In this document: positions 1-10,205 of the stretch, piece after piece
Layout: the number at the start of each line of letters is the position of its first letter
How positions within the stretch are numbered: the stretch's first letter is position 1
Source: Squalus acanthias
Taxonomy: Eukaryota
Assembly (NCBI GenBank): GCA_030390025.1
Contig: CM059425.1
Coordinates: 52,018,001 to 52,082,000 of the forward strand
Direction: 5' to 3'
Length of the DNA: 64,000 bases
Program-made: the position numbers and the translations under genes
Notes under the pieces: model-generated
Databases searched by the model: none
What the model was told of the DNA's origin: nothing
What the model saw: only the letters and a program-made list of their open reading frames with translations

Positions 1-600
1 GATTTACCCCCTCCCTTTCCAAGTTCCTCTCCAGCCGCCGTGAGATATCACTTACCCTGGTAGGCAACACACCCTTCGGGATTCTCATTCTTGGCTGCAG
101 TGGACGCTATCTGGCCCCCTAATTATAGAGTCCCCTATCACTGCCACATTTCTATTCTGCTCTTACCCCACACACCCCCCTCCCTTTGGACAACCTTCTG
201 AGCCACGGTGCCTTGGTCTGCATTGTGGCTGTCCTCCTCCTGGTCTTCACAGGTAGTGAGTACTTCGTATCTGTTGGACAGGACCAGTGTCTGCGGGACC
301 TCCTTCTCAACCTCTCCTAAATCCCCGTTATCCGGCTCCTTAGCAGTCACACCCTCCCCTTCCTGAACCTGTGCTTTCCTCTGGGGTGTGACTGCATTCA
401 GGATAAAACTGTCCAGAAATTCCTCCCCCTCCCTGATGTGTCAGAGTGTCTCCAACTCACACTCCGGCTCAATGACTCTGAGCAGGAGAGATTCGAGGTG
501 GAGACATCACCTGCAGACATGCTCGCTCGGGACAGTCTTGCTGTCCACAAACTCCCACATACTGCGGTCCAGACACACAACCTGCCCTGCCATATCTTAG
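1..600 (-). mobile_element. CR1 LINE 5' portion (degenerate ORF1), in EXOC5 intron 1
   Basis: Minus-strand translations give CR1 ORF1-like segments: a Cys-rich N-terminus (QVVCLDRSMWEF..HVC), SNRYEVL, and the start of the SGNH esterase (IGDSIIRG..RVCCLPG). Frames are broken. Confidence 0.75.
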
Positions 601-1056
601 CCTAGCCTTGTTTTATTTATTTAATTCATTAAAGTCTTAGTGTACATCCAAAGTACATTAGATTATCAACACCGAACTGAGCAATAAAAATAGCTTAGAA
701 GAATGACTCCAACGCTGTGCATCAGGGAGTGATACAGAAAACACCCTTGCACCACTCCTTGCCTCTGCGACTCGATAGTGGTAACTGATTTTGTTGAATG
801 AGCCACGGTTAATTATCACATCATTTAACAGACTGCAACAATCTACAACTCAAAACATTACATCCTGACAATGACAGTTAACAATTAAAAGCCCATTTCC
901 GTGCCCAACACATCTGGAGAGTCAGCCATTTTCCCAAATTACCCAATGCACAGAGGCCCGAAGTGAATGAAGCTCGGTGCGAGCATTGACAAAGAGGCTG
1001 GGACAAAAAACACACCCGAATGGCAGCGGCGGCCGCCGCCGTTGCTGGGGACCCAC

Positions 1057-1083
1057 CTCGAACAGTTCCGCTGTCGCAGCCAT
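1057..1083 (-). CDS. EXOC5: Exocyst complex component 5 (Sec10), first coding exon MAATAELFE; the rest of the gene lies left of the window
   Basis: Reverse complement reads ATG GCT GCG ACA GCG GAA CTG TTC GAG|GTGGGT. This matches the remembered human EXOC5 N-terminus MATTAELFE, and the gene is head-to-head with AP5M1 as in human. Confidence 0.88.
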
Positions 1084-1525
1084 TCCGCCCGAACACAAGA
1101 GCGGCTCCTTAACAATGGGCCTAGACGCCTACATACTGAGCAGGAGTGACAGTGCGGCCCGGAAGATGCTACTGTGCCCGCCGAGGTCCGATGGGGGGTT
1201 TTGGAGAGGGGGGAGGATTGCTGCCTGGCGCTCCCTCACCGGCCGCTCGGCGTCTCCTCCATGTTTCCGCTTGGCCGGAAGTCGGCCACCTGCGCAACTG
1301 GAAGCAAAATCGAAGCCACTGCGCAGCCGGCGCCTGCCCGTGCCCTCTAACCCAGCTGTCAGTGCGCAGGCGCCGTGGCGGTTTCCAGGTTGTCAGCCCC
1401 CCCCGCCCTCCGGATCAGGCCGAGTGCCACCGGTCGCTCCTCTCCACCCGGCTCCATTGTGCGTCGCCTCTACAGAAAGAGCATTTATTTGTCCTTTAAC
1501 AGCAATCTATCTGAGCTCGGCAGAA

Positions 1526-1593
1526 ATGAGTGTTCGGGCAGTTTGGCTGGTGGGGCTCGAGAGGGGAGAAGCGGCGTCAGTGAAGTTTTCGAG
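1526..1593 (+). CDS. AP5M1: AP-5 complex subunit mu-1, exon 1
   Basis: MSVRAVWLVGLERGEAASVKFSR resembles human MAQRAVWL..VRFSR; donor AG|GTAAAT, phase 2. Confidence 0.93.
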
Positions 1594-1796
1594 GTAAATG
1601 TGTGGAATAATCATCAGGCTCTGCCCCCAGTCTGACACCCTCTCCTCATCAGCAAAGGAGACCTGCAGGCAATAATATGCTTTCAGCGTAGTATGTTGTA
1701 CAAATAAGCACAGGCATTTTTGTACTAAATACATGTAAAATGGTAACAAGTACTGGAAACAAGACCATTTTCTCAGAGGGAAGCAGAACTGAAAAT

Positions 1797-2378
1797 AACG
1801 AAACGAAAGACTTGCATTTATATAGCGCCTTTCATGACCACCGGACATCCCAAAGCGCTTTACAGCCAATTAAGTACTTTCATTTTGAAGTGTAGTCACT
1901 GTTGTAATGTAGGAAACGCGGCAGCCAATTTGTGCACTGCAAGCTCCCATAAACAGCAATGTTATGATGACCAAATAACAAAAGCAAAATACTGCGGATG
2001 CTGGAAACCTGAAATAAAAACAGAAAATGTAAGAAATACTCAGCAGGCCAGGCAGCATCTGTGGAGAGAGAAATAGAGTTAACGTTTCAGGTCGATGGCC
2101 TTTAGTCAATGACCAGGTAATCTGTTTTTGTTATGTTGATTGAGGGATAAATATTGGCCAGGACTCCTTGGATAACTTCTCTTCAAAATAGTGCCATGAG
2201 ATCTTTTACGTCCACCTGAGAGAGCAGATGGGGCCTCAGTTTAACGTCTCATCTGAAAGACGGCACCTCCAACAGTGTGGCACTCCCTCAGCACTGCAAT
2301 GTAAGCCTAGACTTTTGTGCTTAAGTGTCTGGGGTGGGACTTGAATCCACAACTACTAACTGAGCCACGGCTGACACT
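1797..2378 (-). mobile_element. tRNA-derived Deu-domain SINE (SacSINE1-like)
   Basis: Reverse complement has head GTGTCAGCCGTGGCTCAGTT, central GATGAGACGTTAAAC...GTAAAAGATC, and tail GCGCTATATAAATGCAAGTC. Related copies recur across the window. Confidence 0.8.
1977..2109 (-). mobile_element. Penelope-like element terminal fragment with degenerate hammerhead core, nested in the SINE
   Basis: Reverse complement TGACTA-AAGGCC-ATC-GACCT-GAAAC-GTTAAC-TCTATTTC...CCACAGATGCTGCC...; a second copy lies at 8817-8917. Confidence 0.65.
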
Positions 2379-2844
2379 AGTCTAACATGCTCTCCTCATC
2401 AGCAAAGGAGACCTTCGTGCAGTAATATGCTTTCAGCGAAGTATGTAGTACAAATAAGCACAGGCATTTGTACTAAATACATGTAAAATGGTAACAAGTA
2501 CTGGAAACATAATCATTTTCTCAGGGAAGTAGAACTGAAAATGTTACATTATACACATTGACCTGGGCTAGGCTCGATTGCAAGAGCATTTGAGGGTCAC
2601 TGAATCAGTTTTAGCCTTTTTTTTACATATTCGACATTCCAAAGCTCTGCTTACCTGATAGGAGAAATCTTCATTTTAATTCCATTTTGCCGCATCCTGG
2701 TGACTGACAATTCATGTCAAGCAATAGCCAGAGAGCTGACGTAAGCTGAGTGGCTATCGAGCAACTTCCTGACCCAAAATGTTGAGTCTCATCAAAACTG
2801 GGAAGGGAGTATTAAGGAAAGGTTTCTTCCAGCAGGTGGGGAGA

Positions 2845-3035
2845 AAAACAACAACAACTTGCATTTATATAACACCTTTAATGTAGGAAAACATCCTAAG
2901 GTGACTCACAGGGGCATAATCAGACAAAAATTGACACCGAGCCAAAGAACGAGATAGTAGGTTGGGTGACTAAAAGCTTGGTTAAAGAGGGAGATTTTAA
3001 GCAAGGTCTTAAAGGAGGGAGGAGAGAGAGGGAGT
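2845..3035 (-). mobile_element. L2-like LINE 3' fragment, split by a CR1 (resumes ~5085-5208)
   Basis: (AAC)n tail with ACTTGCATTTATAT; the two halves are collinear with the longer copy at 53137-53870. Confidence 0.7.
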
Positions 3036-3042
3036 CTTTCAG

Positions 3043-5080
3043 AAAGGAAATAGAGAGAGTACAACACCAACATGTTCCCGTAAAGGTCAAGGGTGGGACC
3101 AACAAGCCCAGGGAACCCTGGATGTCAAGGGATATACAAGAATGGATTAGGAAAAAAAGGGAGGCTTTTGGCAGATACAAAGGACTAAAAACAGTGGAAG
3201 CCCTAGAGGAGTGTAGAAAGTGCAGGGGGATACTTAAAAAAGAAATTAGGAGAGCGAAGAGGGGGCATGAAAAAACACTGGCGGTCAAAATAAAGGAAAA
3301 TCCCAAGGTGTTTTATAAGTATATTAAGGGCAAGAGGACAACCAGGGAAAGAGTAGGGCCCATTAGTGACCAAAGTGGCAAACTGTGTAGAGCCGGAATG
3401 AATATTTTGCATCTGTGTTCACTATGGAGAAGGACGATGTAGACATAGAAATCAGGCAGGGGGATTGTGATATACTTGAACAAATTAGTATTGAGAGGGA
3501 GGAGGTACTAGCGGTTTTAGCGGGCTTAAAAGTGGATAAATCCCCAGGCCCAGACGAGATGTATCCCAGGCTGCTGTGTGAGGCAAGGGAGGAGATTGCA
3601 GGGGCTCTGACACAAATTTTCAGAACCTCTCTGGTCACAGGGGAGGTGCCAGAGGACTGGAGAATAGCTAACGTAGTACCATTATTCAAGAAGGGTAGTA
3701 GGAATAAACCAGGGAATTACAGGCCAGTGAGCCTAACATCAGTGGTAGGGAAATTATTGGAAAAAATTCTGAGGGACAGAATTAGTCTCCACTTGGAGAG
3801 GCAAGGATTAATCAAGGATAGTCAGCATAGCTTTGTCAGGGGGAGATCATGTCTAACCAATTTGATTGAATTTTTTGAGGGGGTGACTAGGTGTGTGAAT
3901 GAGGGTAGTACAGTTGATGTGGTCTACATGGACTTCAGTAAGGCTTTTGACAAAGTCCCGCATGGGAGACTGGTCAAGAAGGTAAGAGCCCATGGGATCC
4001 AGGGTAATTTGACACATTGGATCCAAAATTGGCTTAGTGGCAGGAGGCAGAGGGTGATGGTCGAAGGTTGTTTTTGTGACTGGAAGCCTGTGTCCAGTGG
4101 TGTACCGCAGGGATCGGTGCTGGGTCCTTTGCTGTTTGTAGTGTACATTAATGATTTAGATATGAATGTAGGAGGTATGATCAGTAAGTTCGCAGATGAC
4201 ACGAAAATATGTGGAGTGGTAAATAGCGAGTAGGGAATCCTCAGGCTACAGGACAATTTAGATGGGCAGAACAGTGGCAAATGGAATTTAACCCTGAAAA
4301 GTGTGAGGTGATGCATTTTGGGAGGACTAACAAGGCAAAGGAATACACAATGAATGGTAGGACCCTAGGAAGGACAGAGGATCAGAGGGACCTTGGTGTG
4401 CATGTACATAGATCCCTGAAGGCAGCAGGACAGGTAGATAAGGTGGTTAAAAAGGCATATGGGATACTTGCCTTCATTAGCCGAGGCATAGAATATAAGA
4501 GCAGGGAGGTTATGATGGAGCTGTACAAAACGCTAGTTAGGCCACAGCTGGAATACTGTGTGCAGTTCTGGTCGCCACACTATAGGAAGGATGTGATTGC
4601 ATTGGAGAGGGTGCAGAGGCGATTCACCAGGATGTTACCTGGGCTGCAGCGCTTCAGCTATGAAGAGAGACTGGACAGGCTGGGGTTGTTTTCCTTAGAG
4701 CAGAGAAGGCTGAGGGGGGACCTGATTGAGGTGTACAAAATTATGAGGGGCATAGATAGGGTAGATAGAAAGGAACTTTTCCCCTTAGTAGAGGGGTCAA
4801 TAACCAGGGGGCATAGTTTCAAGGTAAGGGGCAGGAGGTTTAGAGGGGATTTGAGGAAAATTTTTGTCACCCAGAGGGTGGTTGGAATCTGGAACTCACT
4901 GTCTGAAAGGGTGGTAGAGGCAGGAACCCTCACAACATTCAAGAAGCATTTAGATGAGCACTTGAAACGCCATAGCATACAAGGCTACGGACCAAGTGCT
5001 GGAAAATGGGATTAGAATAGACAGGGCTTGATGGCCGGCGCGGACACGATGGGCCGAAGGGCCTCTTTCTGTGCTGTATA
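3043..5080 (+). mobile_element. 5'-truncated CR1 LINE (ORF2 RT, disrupted)
   Basis: [37 protein letters not shown] and RPQLEYCVQFW motifs; stop and frameshifts near 3410 and 4230; CR1 3' UTR. Confidence 0.95.
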
Positions 5081-5579
5081 ACGCTAGGAGGAGAGGAATT
5101 CCAGAGCTTAGGGCCGAGACAGCTGAAGGCACGGCCGCCACTTGTGGGGAAAAGGAAGTGGGGGGGATGCACAAGAGGCCAGAATTGGAGGAACACAGAA
5201 TTCTTGGATGAAAGTGAAAAGGGGTGTACTTTGCTTTGATATTGTTCCGCTTAGTAATATTTGTAAGTTACTCAGGCCAATGCAAGTATTGAAATTTCTG
5301 TATCTGTGAGAAACACCATTGGAAATCTACTTCACACCACAGGCCTACTTAGATGATGAACTATGAGCGCCTTTACTCCAATATATATATCCAGTAACTA
5401 CACAACTGTATTTGATCACATAGTGCTATTTAACTGTAAGTTTCAATTTCAAGTATAAATGGGTTAGAGATGATACTATTAGCACCAAATTACAAATGTA
5501 CTGGATTGGACTTTGACCTAACTGGTACATTTTAGTATTGAACTATTCCTGATAAAAGTGTATTTCCTTCAACTGGCGA

Positions 5580-6060
5580 AAAAGAAAATAATTTGCATTG
5601 ATACAGTGCCTTTCATGAGCTCAGGATGTCTCAAAGAGCTTCACAAGATACTTGGCTCAGTTGATACTCCTGTCACCTCTGAATCAGAAGCTTGTAGGTT
5701 CAAGCATCACTTCTAAACACATAATACAGACTGGCACTTCAGTACAGTACTGAGGAAGTGCTGCATTGGTAGAAGTGCTTTCTTTGGATGATGCCTTAAA
5801 CTAAGGCCATAGCAGCATGCTCATGTGAATGTTGAAGAAACCACAACACTACTTGAAGAAGAACAGGATGTCCTGCCCAAAATTCTTCCTCAACCAACAT
5901 CACCAAAAAAGATTGCTGTTTTGGGATCTTGCTGTGTGGAAAATGGCTGCTACGTTGGATTAACAACACCACTACATTACAAAATTATTTATTGTATGTG
6001 ACCTGTTTTGGTACAGTTGTAGGAGACATGATAAGGTGGTATATAAATGCAAGTATTTTT
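5580..6060 (+). mobile_element. Degenerate Deu-domain SINE (plus short antisense tail)
   Basis: TGGCTCAGTTG..GGTTCAAG head, CAGTACTGAGG..GTGCTGCA body, TATATAAATGCAAGT tail. Confidence 0.6.
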
Positions 6061-6551
6061 ATTACCTACAGTGCAGTTTTTCATAAAGTAAATGCAAGCT
6101 GTTTCTATTTTCAATAAAAAGAGCAACATGGAAATTTAAAGTATACAGTGTTCACTACCGTTTCAAATATATATTATTGCATCTGTGAAATCTGGACATT
6201 TTAGTAAGTTTACCACTTACTGGTAATACTACTAGTTTCAAGCCAGTAAAAGACCTATGCGATGGTGTATTGATATTAAACCCAGTAAAGTCACTGCCTT
6301 CAGGATAGGAGGGGTAATAAATACAGAAAAAATTAAATCTAATTGATTTGAGAGCTTATTTGCTAAATAGGTTATATTGCACATATAAAATAGTGAAATG
6401 TCTCTTTTGCATTAAAATTACATCTATTATTTTCATTTTGTGTAATTTCATCAGGCATGTAAAACACCTGCTTTAAACAAACTACTCAAATATTATGTAA
6501 ATCATTCTATGCTATTTGTTATTGAAAGAAAAACATGCCTTTATTTTATAG

Positions 6552-7212
6552 ACGATATCCAACAGTTGAAAAAAGAGCCAGAATTTTCAATGGAAAAAGC
6601 TATACAGAGGTGCCAGAAGACAGGATCTTCCTAAATGCGCTGTTAGTTGAGCTCGGGATGACTGATCTGGATAAGAACTTTGTGGAACACAGAGATAGCT
6701 GTTGCAGAATAAATAGGACATCTGTTTATGAAGTGGTTATTGGAGATGGTATTCTTTGGCCTGTCCTTGTAATGACACAAAATGCAATCCTCTATGCTTG
6801 TCTTCCTTTAGTTGAACATTCTTTGACTCCCCACCCACCTTTAATAAATCTTTGTGGAATTTCTCCTGCATTTGCACTACTAACAGGGTTAATGGCCTTT
6901 TTAAACTTGGCACAAAGAAATGAATCAGAAATTGCTACCAAAGTGGCTCAGCTTCCTGCTATGTTGATGCATGCTTGTCCGTTGGGGACTCCAACAGATA
7001 CTGACTTTGGATTGCTGCAGGCCCTCTCTGGCAGCCTTGTTCCTCAGAGTTCCTCTTCAGCGCAGGTGCAAAAGCAGCCAGCTTGGAAGCCTGTTATATA
7101 CAAAGGAAAACCACAAGTTAATGTCTGTGTTACTGAACAGATTAGATCCATGCAGTATGACAAGAAAGATGTCATTGATGTATGGCAGGAGTATGGAACT
7201 GTAACATGTAAG
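6552..7212 (+). CDS. AP5M1: AP5M1 exon 2
   Basis: Acceptor ttttatag; RYPTVEKRARIFNG...QKQPAWK...GTVTCK; donor AAG|GTGAGG; 661 nt keeps frame. Confidence 0.96.
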
Positions 7213-7504
7213 GTGAGGTCTGTTTATGTACAGTAAACTGTTTTCAGAAATCACATTTCCAACTAAGATGAGGGAAGCTGTGTTTCTTAAAAGCATTTTA
7301 CATTTTTAATACTGAAACTCCATAGATATGGATGATTAAATGTTTTACATTTATGTTCTTGATTTATTTAGAGAAATCACTCTTGTTATAGCTGTAAACT
7401 TCAATATGTTTCTCTGCTGAATCCTAACTAAATAATTGAAAGGGTACATAATTGAGTTACGGCTTCATGCTTAGTTTCATGAATAAAATTTCTTTTACTT
7501 AACA

Positions 7505-7625
7505 TGAATTAGGAGCAGGAGTAAGCTATACGGCCTCTCAAGCCTGCTCCACCATTCAGTAAGATCTTGGCTGACCTTTGACCTCAACTTCACTTTCCTG
7601 CCCTATACCCATATCCCTTGATTCT
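7505..7625 (-). mobile_element. CR1 3'-tail fragment
   Basis: AGGAGCAGGAGTA...AGCCTGCTCCACCATTCA is the reverse complement of the CR1 tails at ~16500 and ~18600. Confidence 0.7.
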
Positions 7626-7734
7626 ATTTTATTGGTACCCTTTTTATAATGAACCAGGACACTCAAAAATAGGCTAATTCTAACTGAAGGCATCATTCTC
7701 TCAGCACATGCGCCTACAACATGAGAGAATTCTC

Positions 7735-8115
7735 TTCAGTGGTAGCACTCTTGCTTGAGAGTGACAACGTTATTGGTTCAAGCCCCACTCCAGGACATGA
7801 GCCCATAACCTAAGATGATACTGATAGAGTGCTGCACTGCCATCTTTCAAAAGCGATGTTACACCAAGGCTTTGACTGCCTATTCAAGTGGGTGTAAAAG
7901 ATCCCACAATTCTATATGAAAATGACTGGAGGGGTGATCCTGGTGTCCGAGCCAACATTTATCTTTCAATCAAAGCTAACAGATGAACCAAACATTTATG
8001 TCATTGCTGTTTACAGGACCATGCTGTGTGCAAATTAGCTGCCGTGTTTATAACAACAGTAGCTACACTTGAAAAGTAATTCATTATCTGTAAGCACAAT
8101 ATAAATGCTCTTCTT
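7735..8115 (+). mobile_element. Degenerate Deu-domain SINE
   Basis: GGTAGCACTCTTGC..GGTTCAAGCCCCACTCCAG head, GTAAAAGATCCC core, ATAAATGC tail. Confidence 0.65.
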
Positions 8116-8254
8116 TATATCTGTGTATTGCCTATATTAGGCATTGGAAGTATTTACTGCAAGTACTCTGCTAGCAGTTTTTTTTTAAAAAAGCTTGATT
8201 CTGATTTCCTTCGTATGGTTATGTTTCTAACTTGCTGTTTTTGTTCCAATTTAG

Positions 8255-8482
8255 TGTGATCTGGAAGGAATAATGCCAACTGTTACAGTAAGCCTGAATC
8301 TACCCATCAATGGGTCTCCTCTCCAGGATATCCTTGTGCATCCCTGTGTTAGTGCAGTTGACTCCACTATCCTTACTTTTAACAGTGTTGACGATATGGA
8401 TGATTCACTGTTCAATGGACCATACAAGTTTCCCTTCACACCACCATTAGATGTATTTAAACTCTGCTACTACACCTCCCAG
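8255..8482 (+). CDS. AP5M1: AP5M1 exon 3
   Basis: Acceptor atttag; [14 protein letters not shown]...[10 protein letters not shown]...YTSQ; donor CAG|GTCAGA; 228 nt. Confidence 0.96.
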
Positions 8483-8816
8483 GTCAGAATATAGTGTATT
8501 TATTACATTTAAAACAAAAAACCTGTAGTGAATTTTGATACAACTGGCGCAGCTTCTTTATAAAAAAGACTCGTGTAAATAAAGGGACATTTTCATTAAA
8601 ATGGAGTTGTATTTAGTTTGCTTTGGATTGTCAGTTTCAAGATTTGATTCTTCATTTTTATTGGAATCAGGTTGTGGTTTGAAATACAATTCCATTCTAG
8701 GCCTGTATATGATGGTTTCTTAAATGTATTCTGAGTGTTGGAGCTCTTGCAGTCCGACACACAAGAAGTTGCAGCTGGAAAAAAAAGCTGCCGTGAAACC
8801 AATCTGTAAATTGCAG

Positions 8817-8917
8817 CAAATAAAAACAGAAAATGCTGGAGCTACTCAGCAGGTCAGGCAGCATCTGTGGAGAGAGAAACAGAGTTAACATTGCAGGTCG
8901 ATGACCTGTCGTCAGAA
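8817..8917 (-). mobile_element. Penelope-like terminal fragment with degenerate hammerhead core
   Basis: Reverse complement CTGACGA-CAGGTC-ATC-GACCTG-CAAT-GTTAAC-TCTGTTTC; homologous to 1977-2109. Confidence 0.65.
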
Positions 8918-8995
8918 AATTGCAGCTTTGTGCAGTTATTTTAATAACTTGCAGACCACGTGATGTAACTCTTGCTCCAGTGGTGTGCAATTAAT

Positions 8996-9749
8996 GGGCA
9001 GTATTTTCCGATCGGAGGCTTCCCGCGTGCAGAAGCCTCCGATCTGGAAAAAATCTACGCACTTACCTGAGGGCTCCCGGGACGCACACACTTCCGCTCC
9101 TGGGCCTCCCGAACTCCAAGTGTGCAGGGCCTACGTATCCCAGGGGCGCATGCGGTTCGCAAGCGTCCCTGAGATCACATGGGCCATGGGGAGCCAATGG
9201 GAGAAGGGAATCTCCCTTCATACACTTGACAGGAAGACCTGTCAAATATATGAATGGAGATCACCCCAAAAACATAGTAAAACTTTAAATACATTTTTTA
9301 AAAAACATCACATTTTTAAAATGACTTGAAATTACAATAAATTAAATATTTTAAACAAAAATTAAATTTTTTGAAAAAAATAATTAAAGTTTTTTATGGG
9401 GCTAAAAATAAACTTTTTTTTAAAAGTATTTTTAAATGATACATCAGTGAGAATTTTTTAAAAACTTTTTTCAATTCTTATCCTGGTAAAAGCAGGCCTT
9501 ATGCCTGCTTTTACCAGGTGTAAGAATTGTAAGTGTTTTCTGCGGGCGGAGGGTCTCCAAAAAGCGAAACTATCCGCCCGCAGAGGCCCTGCTCCAGGGC
9601 AGGCAGAGGATCTGTCAAGAGCATTCTTGACAGATCGGAAATGCCGTTTTCAGCACATGCGCTGTGCATGCCTGAAACCGGCATTTCCGATGTCCCTACA
9701 GGTGGGCACACAGCGCGTACTCACCCGTAGGGATCGGAATATCTGGGCC
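8996..9749. mobile_element. Non-autonomous TIR element (MITE; PIF/Harbinger-related)
   Basis: Imperfect TIRs GGGCAGTATTTTCCGATC and GGCCCAGATATTCCGATC(rc); AAT on both flanks; homologous copy in the opposite orientation at 51580-52207. Confidence 0.75.
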
Positions 9750-10205
9750 AATATGTTGCATTTTGTGGCATATGAAAATTACAGAATGTTTGATGATGTC
9801 AATGAAATATTCTTGGTCTATGAAATGTAATTTCCCATGTCAATATTTATAAATGTAACCATTTATTCAAAGATTAATAACTCTACAACTCCCATAGCAA
9901 TTGATCACAATCAGCATTTGTAAGTTGTGATTTATAACCTTCACTGACCCCACCTCTGCTGATGGTAGAAAAGTTCTTAAATAAACCAAAAATTCTTTGT
10001 GTTAAAATTTTAAAAACATTACAATTTGCTTGTAATAATTTTGAAGATATTGAGATTATCGCAATATATTCCACAAGAAATTGATTCAGAATTACTGAAA
10101 TATTTTAAAAGATTGTTTTCATTAATCACGTTTTCAGTTCAGGTTTACTGCATTCAAGTTGAATTGTTTGAGTTTTCAGAATCTTTCAATCTGACAAAAA
10201 ACATT

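Larger units (their letters stand above)
950..1600. promoter_or_regulatory. CpG-island bidirectional promoter for EXOC5 and AP5M1
   Basis: GC/CpG-rich stretch in an AT-rich context between divergent ATGs at 1083 (-) and 1526 (+). ETS/GABPA motif CCGGAAGT at 1275-1282; NRF1-like TGCGCA at 1291, 1320 and 1363. Confidence 0.8.
1629..2542 (+). repeat. ~165-bp direct repeat pair (1629-1796 and 2379-2542) flanking a SINE
   Basis: Both copies read AGTCTrACA..CTCTCCTCATCAGCAAAGGAGACC...AAATACATGTAAAATGGTAACAAGTACTGGAAACA...AGAACTGAAAAT, roughly 90% identical by eye. Confidence 0.9.

Noticed and set aside
1640-1662. CTGATGAG on the minus strand of the duplicated unit as a hammerhead core
   Set aside because: No stem II closed by GAAA follows in either copy.
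6535-6551. ORF-track start MPLFY for AP5M1
   Set aside because: Intronic; the acceptor AG at 6550-6551 joins exon 1 in phase.
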